Positions 9,412 to 17,612 of a stretch of DNA of 64,000 bases are shown here, one piece after another (position 1 is the stretch's first letter; each line of letters opens with the position of its first letter). The position numbers and the translations under genes were made by a program. The DNA comes from Gemmatimonadota bacterium (lineage in GTDB: Bacteria; Latescibacterota; UBA2968; UBA8231). The stretch is taken from positions 1 through 64,000 of the forward strand of contig JAYPJE010000003.1 in the NCBI GenBank assembly GCA_038128265.1. Reading direction: 5' to 3'. Under the pieces are notes generated by a model. That model had not been told where the DNA came from and made no database searches. It was given only the letters and a program-made list of their open reading frames with translations.

Positions 9412-10497
9412 ATGCCTACGCCCGCGCCTCAAGTATCTCGGCGCAAAGTGCTCTACCTGCGCGCGCATAACCTAGCCGTGCTGAGCGCCCAATACCAATG
9501 CAAACGCTGGGATACCCATCCCTGCATCGTCGCCGATCGCACGGTGCACGCCGCCTCTCCGACCGCCCAGCGGCTCGGCATTGAACGGGGCATGCGGCGG
9601 AGCCAGGCGCTGCGCATCGACCCGCGCGTCGAATGCATCAAGCCTGCGACGGCTTTGAGCGCAGAGTTATGCGGCCAATTAGAAGACATCCTACTCGAAT
9701 ACACCGACCTGGTTGAAGCCAAGTCTCCCGGCGCGTATTTCCTCGATATCACTTTCAATAAGATGGATATACCCATCGGCGCACGCGCCGCGCAGCTGCT
9801 GCGCAGCGACCTCGATCGCACGCTGGGGATTGACGCATCCATGGCATTGGCACCGAACAAACTGCTTGCGCTGTTAGCCTACCAATCGGGCGACAGCCGC
9901 CCCATATATGTGCTGGAGAGGGACGATATAGAGACATTTCTCGCAGACAAACCCATCGACCTGCTGCCGGGTATCGGTGCAGAAACGCGTCAAAAGCTGC
10001 ACGACTTAGGCATCGAGCGCATCGGCCAACTCGCGCAGATACCGCTGGACGAGCTACAAGCACACTGTGGGCGGTTAGCCTCCAAGCTGCATCGGGGCGC
10101 ACGCGGCATCGACCACGCGCCCGTCGCTCCGCATGTCGATGCCGCCTTCCCTGCGGCCGACATCCACTTTCCCGTGCCCCTATACGACACCGACGAAATC
10201 TGCGCAGCGCTGCGCGCATCCGTCGAAGATCTGGCAGGCCGCATGCGCCGGCGCGACATACGCGGCCACTACATCTGCGCGCACATCTGGCAGCAACGCG
10301 GCCACACCGAGGCATTCAAACGCGAGCTACCCCCCTATGCCAATCGCGCCCAGGCCGTCTTGGAAACCGTCGCCCAATGCGTCGAACAGGCACCTATTAG
10401 AGCGGCGGGAATGCGCGGCTGCCGCATAGAAATTCACCCACACGGCGATAGCACATCAGGCCAGCTCGATTTGTTTGCCCCAACCGAACGGCAATAA
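9412..10497 (+). CDS. Y-family DNA polymerase-like protein (DinB/ImuB-like), probably catalytically inactive
   Basis: AASPTAQRLGIERGM, APNKLLALLA and HhH LPGIG motifs; catalytic D and DE motifs absent; C-terminal QLDLF. Confidence 0.8.
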   Translation: MPTPAPQVSRRKVLYLRAHNLAVLSAQYQCKRWDTHPCIVADRTVHAASPTAQRLGIERGMRRSQALRIDPRVECIKPATALSAELCGQLEDILLEYTDLVEAKSPGAYFLDITFNKMDIPIGARAAQLLRSDLDRTLGIDASMALAPNKLLALLAYQSGDSRPIYVLERDDIETFLADKPIDLLPGIGAETRQKLHDLGIERIGQLAQIPLDELQAHCGRLASKLHRGARGIDHAPVAPHVDAAFPAADIHFPVPLYDTDEICAALRASVEDLAGRMRRRDIRGHYICAHIWQQRGHTEAFKRELPPYANRAQAVLETVAQCVEQAPIRAAGMRGCRIEIHPHGDSTSGQLDLFAPTERQ

Positions 10498-10562
10498 AAA
10501 GGAGGGGGCAGCGCCGCCAGACGCTCCCCCCTCACACATTCCCACTCGTATAGCAACACTCC

Positions 10563-10784
10563 TCAGGACAGCGAACAGGCTCCCGGACCACGCGGATCGC
10601 CGCAGCTCCCGCAGGGAGCTCCGCTACTGACGGCTGCCGGCACGCCGGCGCCCACGGCAAACCCCGACAGCTTTTTCTCGAGTTTGGCGCTGTCACAGTG
10701 GGGACAAGCGGGCCGTTGGTCGCCCTGGACCAACACTTCGAACTCGCTCTTGCAGCTGCGGCAAGCGTATTCAAATATGGGCAT
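10563..10784 (-). CDS. FmdB-family zinc-ribbon protein
   Basis: MPIFEYACRSC...CPHC..LEKKLS pattern; GGAGG RBS. Confidence 0.9.
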   Translation of the reverse strand: MPIFEYACRSCKSEFEVLVQGDQRPACPHCDSAKLEKKLSGFAVGAGVPAAVSSGAPCGSCGDPRGPGACSLS

Positions 10785-10793
10785 TATTTCCTC

Positions 10794-11315
10794 CTATTCG
10801 TGCAGCGACTTCTGGTAGAGGCCGACGCTGTAAAACTCGTACGATGCCGCCTTGTCTGGAAAATCCATCACGTGCACCGTAAAGCGCGAGGGCACGCCGT
10901 TATCGGGCATCTGCTCGGCAAAGAACGTGCTATACGCCTGACCATACTCCTTGTATATGCGCTGCTGCTCTTCGTGAAAGCGCAGCGGTTCGGCCATTGG
11001 GTTGATATCCTTGGGCTGCGCGCCAAAGGCGTGCACTTCGATAAAGTCGATCTGAGTGATCGAATCGCAAATCTCGGCCTCCTGCAGCCACTTTTCCCAG
11101 CAGCGAAACACCATTTCGACCTCTTTTAGCGGCTCCATCCGCACCAGCTCTTCTCGCCCCAACACCCCCTTGGCCGAATAGCCACCTGTCAACCCAGCGA
11201 AGTAGATTTTTAGATCGCCATCGCCAATGTCCTCTGTTACCAGAGCCGACAGGGTGGGGCGCTCACCGCCATAGTAATAGGTAATTCGCCCGCGCTTCTT
11301 TGTTTGGAATGCCAT
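10794..11315 (-). CDS. Hypothetical protein, probable divergent RidA/YjgF-fold
   Basis: IYFAGLTG, AYSTFF..PSRFTVHV..FP..YEF resemble the Rid-family pattern; AGAGG RBS. Confidence 0.6.
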   Translation of the reverse strand: MAFQTKKRGRITYYYGGERPTLSALVTEDIGDGDLKIYFAGLTGGYSAKGVLGREELVRMEPLKEVEMVFRCWEKWLQEAEICDSITQIDFIEVHAFGAQPKDINPMAEPLRFHEEQQRIYKEYGQAYSTFFAEQMPDNGVPSRFTVHVMDFPDKAASYEFYSVGLYQKSLHE

Positions 11316-11328
11316 GTGTATCCTCTTT

Positions 11329-14202
11329 CTAGTTGAGAGCTTCTACCAATACTTCAGCCCAGTGACGCGCCTTGCGACCGGTAAAATCGGCAATTTGATG
11401 GCGGCATGAGGTGCCCACGGCCACAACCTCAACGTCTTCAGCAGCCGCGTCGATCACGTCAAAGAGGCGCTCCTGGCCCACCTGGCGCGAAACGTCGTAA
11501 TGCTCTTTCTCATAGCCAAAGCTTCCGGCCATACCGCAGCAGCCCGAGGCAATTTCCTCCACCTCAAAATGGGGCGGTAAGGCCAGCACTTCCCGCGTTG
11601 CAGCGGTGCCGATCAGCGCTTTTTGATGACAGTGGCCGTGCAACAGCAGTTTGCGCGCAAGCGGCTTGAAATCGAGATCTAAGTCGCCGGCGCGCGCGCG
11701 TCCAGCGAGAAACTCTTCCAGCATAAACGTGCTGTCGGCTAAGCGCCGCGCTTCGTCGTTGGCAACCAGGTCGCAGTAGTCGTCGCGCAGGGTCAGGATG
11801 CAGCTCGGCTCGATGCCAACAATTGGAACCCCGCGCTCTACGTAGGGCAATAGTGCGGCGATATTAGCCTGCGCATGCGACCGCGCCTGTTCGAGAAATC
11901 CCTTCGAGATAAGGGGCCGTCCACAGCACACCTTGTTCTCGACCAACACCACCTCGTAGCCGGCGCGCTCGAGCAGGACCGTAGCGGCCGCGGCAATCTG
12001 CGGCTCTTCGTACTCGGCAAAAGTGTCGTTGAACAGGACGACCTGCCCTTTGGCGGCGCCCGCCCCAGAAGCGCGCTTGGCGAACCAGCGCGAGAAGGGT
12101 TCAGACACAAAGCGCGGCAGCTTGCGCCGGCGGTCGATGCCGAGAAACCGGTCGAGAGCCCATCGGCTCAGCGCGCTGCCGGCCATCCAGTTTGAGAGCG
12201 GTGCCAGCGCCGACCCAATGCGCGCAAAGCGCGCGATATATCCAAACAGATAGGAGCGCAGCGGATAGCCGTGCTCGCGGTGGTAATGCGCCAGGTATTC
12301 GTACTTTAGCTTGGCCATATCGACATTGGACGGACACTCTGCCTTACAGGCTTTGCACTCGAGGCATAGATCCATTACCTGGTGCACCTGCTCGCCCAGC
12401 AGCCCCCCTTGCAGCCCCCCGTTTAGAGCGGCTCGCAGCGCATTGGCCCGTCCCCGCGTCGAATGCTCTTCGTCGAGCGTAGCCATGTAGGATGGGCACA
12501 TTGTGCCGACGAGTTTCTTGCGGCACTGCCCCACGCCCGAACACAGCTCGACCGCCTCCTGAAAGCCCCCCTCGGCATCAAAGTGGAAAAAGGTCTCAAC
12601 CTTCTGCGTTTGGTAGCCTTCGCCATAGCGCAAATTCTCGTCCATGCGCGGTGCGCGCACGATCTTGCCAGGGTTCATCATACCACCTGGATCAAACGCA
12701 TCTTTTGTCGCGGCGAAGAGTTCGACGATGCGCGGACCAAACATCTTGGGAATCCACTCGCTGCGCGCCAATCCATCGCCGTGCTCTGCCGACATGGCGC
12801 CCCCGTACTCCAATGCCATATCGCTCATTTCTTCTTCTAAGGCACGGAGTATGGCAATTCCCTGGGGCTCTTTCAGATTGAGAATGGGACGGATGTGCAG
12901 CACGCCCACGCTGCAGTGGCCATAGTAACAGGCATCCACCCCGTGGCGGGCCATGGCCTGCTGCACGCGACGCACAAACTCGGGCAGGTGCTTGGGCGGC
13001 ACGCAGGTATCCTCAACGCCGGACGTTGGCTTGGCCTCCCCCTTCATCCCCATTAGCAGCCCAAGGCCCGCTTTGCGCAGGGCCCACATATTGGCCTGTT
13101 CGGCTGCCGTCAGCGCACGGACAAAGGCATAGCCCATGCCCTTTTCGCCTAAACGCGCCTCCAGCTGATCCATCTTATTGGCCAGTTCGGCCTCTGTCTC
13201 AGCGTAGTACTCAATAAAGAGGAGCGCCTGTGGATCACCCTGTAAAAAGCGGCGGCGCGGCGCGTGCTCGATGGAGGCGCCGGTTAGGTCGAGCAACAGT
13301 TTGTCCGTCAGCTCGACCGAGGCCGGCTCCGTTTCCAGCGCTACGATATTGGCTTCCAGCGATTCGTTTAGATCGTTAAAATGCACGGCGACCAGCCCCT
13401 TTTGGGGAGGCAGAGGCACTACGTTCAGCTTGGCTTCCACCACCGTGCACAGCGTGCCCTCGGAGCCAACGACAATTTTACTCAGGTCAAAGGGACGCGT
13501 TTCATCGACGAATGCATCGATGTTATAGCCCGATACGCGGCGCATGACCTCAGGAAAGCGCGCGCGAATCTCATCGGCGTTATCGGCAGCCACGGAGCGC
13601 ACGTGCCGGTAGACCTGGCCCTCGAGGTCGTCACGCGCTGTTTTTTCGGCGTACTCAGCCTCGTCTAATGGGCCCATGTCCACCACGCTAGCGTCGGCCA
13701 GCACGGCTCTGAGACCGAGGACGTGATCGATTGTCTTGCCGTATATGACGGAGCGAGCTCCGCACGAGTTGTTGCCGATCATACCGCCGATATTGGCGCG
13801 ACTGCTCGTCGATACATCGGGCCCAAACAACAGGCCGTGTGGACGCAGGAACTCGTTCAGCTCATCGAGCACTACCCCGGGCTGAACGCGCACCCAGCGC
13901 GCTTCGACGTTCAGTTCGAGGATGTTGTTCATATACTTGGAAAAATCGACGTGCACAGAAGCCCCGACCGATTGGCCGGCCAAACTCGTGCCTCCGCCGC
14001 GCGGCAAAATAGATACTCGGTGCTCTGCGGCCCATCGACCCAATTCGACGACATCGGCCTCGTCGCGCGGAATGACGAGGCCGAGGGGCTCCATCTCGTA
14101 AATGCTGGCATCGGTGCGGTACAGCATGCGCGCCACGTCGTCAAAACGCACCTCGCCGCGTATGCTATCGCCTAGCGATTGGGTCAAATCAGCCGTTATC
14201 AA
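11329..14202 (-). CDS. FAD-linked oxidase fused to Fe-S/CCG domains (YdiJ/GlcD-GlcF-like 2-hydroxyacid dehydrogenase)
   Basis: RGGGTSLAGQ, GSEGTL, SAEHGDG, CLECKACKAECP, CCGRP and CCGMAGSFG. Confidence 0.93.
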   Translation of the reverse strand: MITADLTQSLGDSIRGEVRFDDVARMLYRTDASIYEMEPLGLVIPRDEADVVELGRWAAEHRVSILPRGGGTSLAGQSVGASVHVDFSKYMNNILELNVEARWVRVQPGVVLDELNEFLRPHGLLFGPDVSTSSRANIGGMIGNNSCGARSVIYGKTIDHVLGLRAVLADASVVDMGPLDEAEYAEKTARDDLEGQVYRHVRSVAADNADEIRARFPEVMRRVSGYNIDAFVDETRPFDLSKIVVGSEGTLCTVVEAKLNVVPLPPQKGLVAVHFNDLNESLEANIVALETEPASVELTDKLLLDLTGASIEHAPRRRFLQGDPQALLFIEYYAETEAELANKMDQLEARLGEKGMGYAFVRALTAAEQANMWALRKAGLGLLMGMKGEAKPTSGVEDTCVPPKHLPEFVRRVQQAMARHGVDACYYGHCSVGVLHIRPILNLKEPQGIAILRALEEEMSDMALEYGGAMSAEHGDGLARSEWIPKMFGPRIVELFAATKDAFDPGGMMNPGKIVRAPRMDENLRYGEGYQTQKVETFFHFDAEGGFQEAVELCSGVGQCRKKLVGTMCPSYMATLDEEHSTRGRANALRAALNGGLQGGLLGEQVHQVMDLCLECKACKAECPSNVDMAKLKYEYLAHYHREHGYPLRSYLFGYIARFARIGSALAPLSNWMAGSALSRWALDRFLGIDRRRKLPRFVSEPFSRWFAKRASGAGAAKGQVVLFNDTFAEYEEPQIAAAATVLLERAGYEVVLVENKVCCGRPLISKGFLEQARSHAQANIAALLPYVERGVPIVGIEPSCILTLRDDYCDLVANDEARRLADSTFMLEEFLAGRARAGDLDLDFKPLARKLLLHGHCHQKALIGTAATREVLALPPHFEVEEIASGCCGMAGSFGYEKEHYDVSRQVGQERLFDVIDAAAEDVEVVAVGTSCRHQIADFTGRKARHWAEVLVEALN

Positions 14203-14261
14203 TCGACGTACAATCCTCTGAAAATCACCATGTTAAGTTTTTATTTACACCTCGCGGGAAG

Positions 14262-14290
14262 AATGTACTCCCCATTGCTGGGAGCGTCAA
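14262..14290 (-). promoter_or_regulatory. sigma70-type promoter for the oxidoreductase operon
   Basis: Minus strand TTGACG-17-TACATT. Confidence 0.55.
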
Positions 14291-14491
14291 ATAATGCGTG
14301 CCTACCTGCTGCCACCGCCCCTTGCACCCCTTCCAATAGGGCACTGTACTCTTATCAAATGGTCCTGCACCAGACCACAACTGCGACAATAAGTTGAGGG
14401 CTATTACCTAGTTTTTCATATGGTTTTGGGGCGTCAATTTGCTGCGGCAAAGCCTTTTCAGAACAAATTGCAAAAAGATACCAATATATCG

Positions 14492-14521
14492 TTGACAAAC
14501 TTCCTCCCCCCCCACTATATT
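14492..14521 (+). promoter_or_regulatory. sigma70-type promoter for zapA
   Basis: TTGACA-18-TATATT. Confidence 0.6.
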
Positions 14522-14619
14522 GTCTGCCAACCACGTGGTTAGCGCGCAAAAGAGGGGGCTTCCGGGACAAGGGGAGATCACGGAAGTCCCCACTTTATAT
14601 CCCCATCTGAAGGTGATCC

Positions 14620-14949
14620 ATGTCGCGCGATAGCGCCGTTTCTGTCAAGATTTTCAACCAGACATACCGCTTGGCAACCAGCCAAGATCGCGACGCCGAA
14701 TACGTTGAGCGCGCCGCGGCCTATCTCGACGAAAAGATGCGTGAAGCGGCCGAACACGCCAGCCATCGCGCACCGTTGGACATCGCCATCCTAGCGGCCC
14801 TCAACATTGCCGAAGAGGTCATGGCCGCGCGCGACAAAAAAGCGCATCTACTCGATAGCACAGACGCGCACATAGATAGTTTCACCAAGCGACTCAACGA
14901 AGAGCACGCCGCGCCGGACGCCGATTCGCCTTCAGCTCCGCGCTTCTGA
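14620..14949 (+). CDS. zapA: Cell division protein ZapA
   Basis: VSVKIFNQTY...AAAYLDEKMRE...IAILAALNIAEE; GAAGGTGA RBS. Confidence 0.92.
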   Translation: MSRDSAVSVKIFNQTYRLATSQDRDAEYVERAAAYLDEKMREAAEHASHRAPLDIAILAALNIAEEVMAARDKKAHLLDSTDAHIDSFTKRLNEEHAAPDADSPSAPRF

Positions 14950-14966
14950 CCACCACTCCAATTCTA

Positions 14967-16718
14967 TCAGATATAGTACTCGCCTGAAGTAGCCGACCCG
15001 GGCTGTGGGTGCGGCGTATTGAGAGGGCAGCGCGCCTTGTAATCGGATGCAAGTCGCGCCCATAAATACTCCAGGGCGTGCTGGTTCCAGCGAAAGAAGT
15101 GGTCGCGTCCGATATAGTCTATCGCACCCGACCGTTCAAGTGCGGCGGCAAACTGTCCCTTGGTCCGCGTGAAATACACATCCGTGCCCACCGCACGCAT
15201 CCGCTCGACCACGCCGCGCAGCGCCTGTTCTCCCGAGGCATCCATCTGGTTGATACCCTCCGCATCGACGACCAAATAGCGCAGCTGCGGTGCCCGGGCG
15301 GCAATTTCCAGCACGCAGTCCTCGAAATAGCTGCTCGAGCCAAAGTAGAGCCTGCCGTCAAAGCGCATAATGGCAATCTGCTGATCGGGCTGTAAACTGT
15401 TCATGCTCGAACCGCGCAGCGTGCCGTCGAGATGGCGCGTTAGCAGCGCTACGTTTGGGCGCATCATGCGGTAGAAGTTCACCGCCAGCGACAACCCCAT
15501 ACCCAACGCAATACCCCAGTGCAGCGCCGGCGCCAGCGCCAGCGTCATCGCAAAAGTTATAAAGCCAATAAAACCGTCTTGGCGGCTAATCTGCCAGGCG
15601 TGCCACAGCGGAGCAAAGCGAACGAGCTTGGCCACGGCGAAAATAATGATGACCGCCAGCGTTGCTTGGGGCAGGTAGTAGAATAGGGGCGTCAACCACA
15701 GCAGGGCAATCGTAACTACAAGCGAGGTTACGACCGAACTGAACCCCGTCCGCGCACCGCTGGCATGATTAATTGCCGAACGCGAAAACGAACCAGAAAC
15801 GGTATAGCTCTGAAAGAAGCCGGCCGCGATATTGGCCAACCCCTGACCTATCAACTCCTGGTCTATATCAATGCGCTCTTTGGTCTGCATCGCGATGGCT
15901 TTGGCGATGGCGATTACCTCCATCAGGCCTATCAGTACCAGCGTCAACGCCCCTGGCAGCAGCCCTACGACCGCGTCTAAGTCAAACGGTGGCAGTCTCA
16001 GCGCAGGCAGGCCGCTCGGCACGTCCCCTACCACAGTACCGCCGTAGCCCATCCCCCAAGCCACGAGCGAAGTAAGGGCCACCGCAATAAGCACGTTGGG
16101 CAGGCGCGGCAGGTACGCGCCGACTAGCAGCAAGAGCAAGCCGGCTAAAAAGGCCATGGCCACCGTCTGTTCGTGGGCGCCGTATACGCCCGCGAACAGA
16201 ACGCGCCACACCCCTACAATGTGATTGGTCCCGTGCACACCTTCTACTCCCAGCACCTTGTATATCTGCGATGTGGCGATAATAATCGCCGCGGCATTGG
16301 TGAAGCCGACGACGACCGGGGCCGATAGCAGGTTGGCGAGAAATCCCAGGCGCAAAAGCCCCATCAGCAGGCGCATACAGCCCACCATACAGGCCAGCAA
16401 AAACGAGTAGCCTATAAATGCCTCGCTGCCAACCGGTGCGACGCGCTGAACGGCGACAAAGCTTATGAGCGCCGCCGTGGCCACCGTGCCCGTTGCCAGC
16501 TGGCGCGAAGACCCGAACAGCGCCGCTACGGCGGGCGGCAAAAACGCAGCGTACAGGCCGTAGACGGCTGGCAAGCCCGCCAATTCGGCATAGGCCATCG
16601 CCTGCGGAACCAGCACCATCGCAACGCTGACGCCGGCCGCGCAGTCGGCCAACAGCACGCGGCGGTCGCGCAGTTCGGGCAGCCAGAGTAAAAAGGGAAA
16701 GAGTCGCTCTATTCTCAT
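14967..16718 (-). CDS. SulP-family anion transporter with STAS domain
   Basis: VPQAMAYAELAGLP.YGLYAA, GSSRQL, GSFSRSA; C-terminal STAS segment (RFDGRLYF..DASG). Confidence 0.95.
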   Translation of the reverse strand: MRIERLFPFLLWLPELRDRRVLLADCAAGVSVAMVLVPQAMAYAELAGLPAVYGLYAAFLPPAVAALFGSSRQLATGTVATAALISFVAVQRVAPVGSEAFIGYSFLLACMVGCMRLLMGLLRLGFLANLLSAPVVVGFTNAAAIIIATSQIYKVLGVEGVHGTNHIVGVWRVLFAGVYGAHEQTVAMAFLAGLLLLLVGAYLPRLPNVLIAVALTSLVAWGMGYGGTVVGDVPSGLPALRLPPFDLDAVVGLLPGALTLVLIGLMEVIAIAKAIAMQTKERIDIDQELIGQGLANIAAGFFQSYTVSGSFSRSAINHASGARTGFSSVVTSLVVTIALLWLTPLFYYLPQATLAVIIIFAVAKLVRFAPLWHAWQISRQDGFIGFITFAMTLALAPALHWGIALGMGLSLAVNFYRMMRPNVALLTRHLDGTLRGSSMNSLQPDQQIAIMRFDGRLYFGSSSYFEDCVLEIAARAPQLRYLVVDAEGINQMDASGEQALRGVVERMRAVGTDVYFTRTKGQFAAALERSGAIDYIGRDHFFRWNQHALEYLWARLASDYKARCPLNTPHPQPGSATSGEYYI

Positions 16719-16811
16719 TGGATTTCACGCGAGTTGACAGGCCGTCGAATACCGGCGTACAATAATACGCACTTTGTCCATATTATCCACCGAGAAGGAG
16801 CAACAACAGCC

Positions 16812-17612
16812 GTGGATCTCGTCCAGTGCGAACGCTTTTTTGCCCAAGAGGGCTACCTTATCCTTCCCGACCTCCTCACCGATAGCGAAGTGGCCACCAG
16901 TCGCGCAGAGATCGAACGCCTGCACCGCGTGGCGGCCGACCTTGCGGCTGGAGAGGCGCTGCAGCGGAGCGATTTTCAGCTCGAGCCCTATGCGCAAGAA
17001 GCGCGTGCAGACGGTATGCCCATTCTGCGCAAAATTGAAAATACGCGCAGGCACTCCGACTGGTTTGGGACCCTGGCCGCCCATCCCCGCCTGGTTTCCG
17101 TCGTGCAGCAGCTGCTGGGAGAGGATCTGCTGCTGTTTCGCAGCACGCTGATGCTCAAGCCTGCTCACCACGGCTCTGCACACGCACTGCACCAGGACTC
17201 GGCCTACTGGCCAATGGATCCCCCAGCACTGGTTACGGTCAGTATTGCTCTGGATGACGCCACGCCGGCAAACGGCTGTATCAAAGTCATCCCCGGAAGC
17301 CATGCCTGGGACCTACAGGAATGGGGTCATATCGCCCAAGCGCAGGAGGCCCCGCTCACCCAGCGCGAGGATATCGACCTATCGGCGCAAATCGACGTCC
17401 CCCTTACCGCCGGTTCTGCCGTGCTCTTTCACAGCAAGCTCGTACACGGCTCGGGAGCCAACGCGACGGACCGCTCGCGCAATACGGCGCTCTACGCGTA
17501 CTTCTCTTCGCGCGTGCGCTATCGACCGGCTCCCAACGCCCCGCAGAGACGCACCTTTCCCGTTATCGCTGGCATGCAGGGGGCGACAGAGCACGAGTTG
17601 GTTGCCGATTGA
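16812..17612 (+). CDS. Phytanoyl-CoA dioxygenase (PhyH) family Fe/2-oxoglutarate dioxygenase
   Basis: HQD..YW, NGCIKVIPGSH, HGSGAN..R; GTG at 16812 follows GAAGGAG. Confidence 0.9.
   Translation: MDLVQCERFFAQEGYLILPDLLTDSEVATSRAEIERLHRVAADLAAGEALQRSDFQLEPYAQEARADGMPILRKIENTRRHSDWFGTLAAHPRLVSVVQQLLGEDLLLFRSTLMLKPAHHGSAHALHQDSAYWPMDPPALVTVSIALDDATPANGCIKVIPGSHAWDLQEWGHIAQAQEAPLTQREDIDLSAQIDVPLTAGSAVLFHSKLVHGSGANATDRSRNTALYAYFSSRVRYRPAPNAPQRRTFPVIAGMQGATEHELVAD

Noticed and set aside
14179..14593. Short ORFs in the oxidoreductase-zapA intergenic region
   Set aside because: No RBS or motif; the region is occupied by divergent promoters.
17321..17608. N-terminal 96 codons of the 830-aa ORF
   Set aside because: Overlaps PhyH in another frame; a signal peptide begins at TTG 17609.
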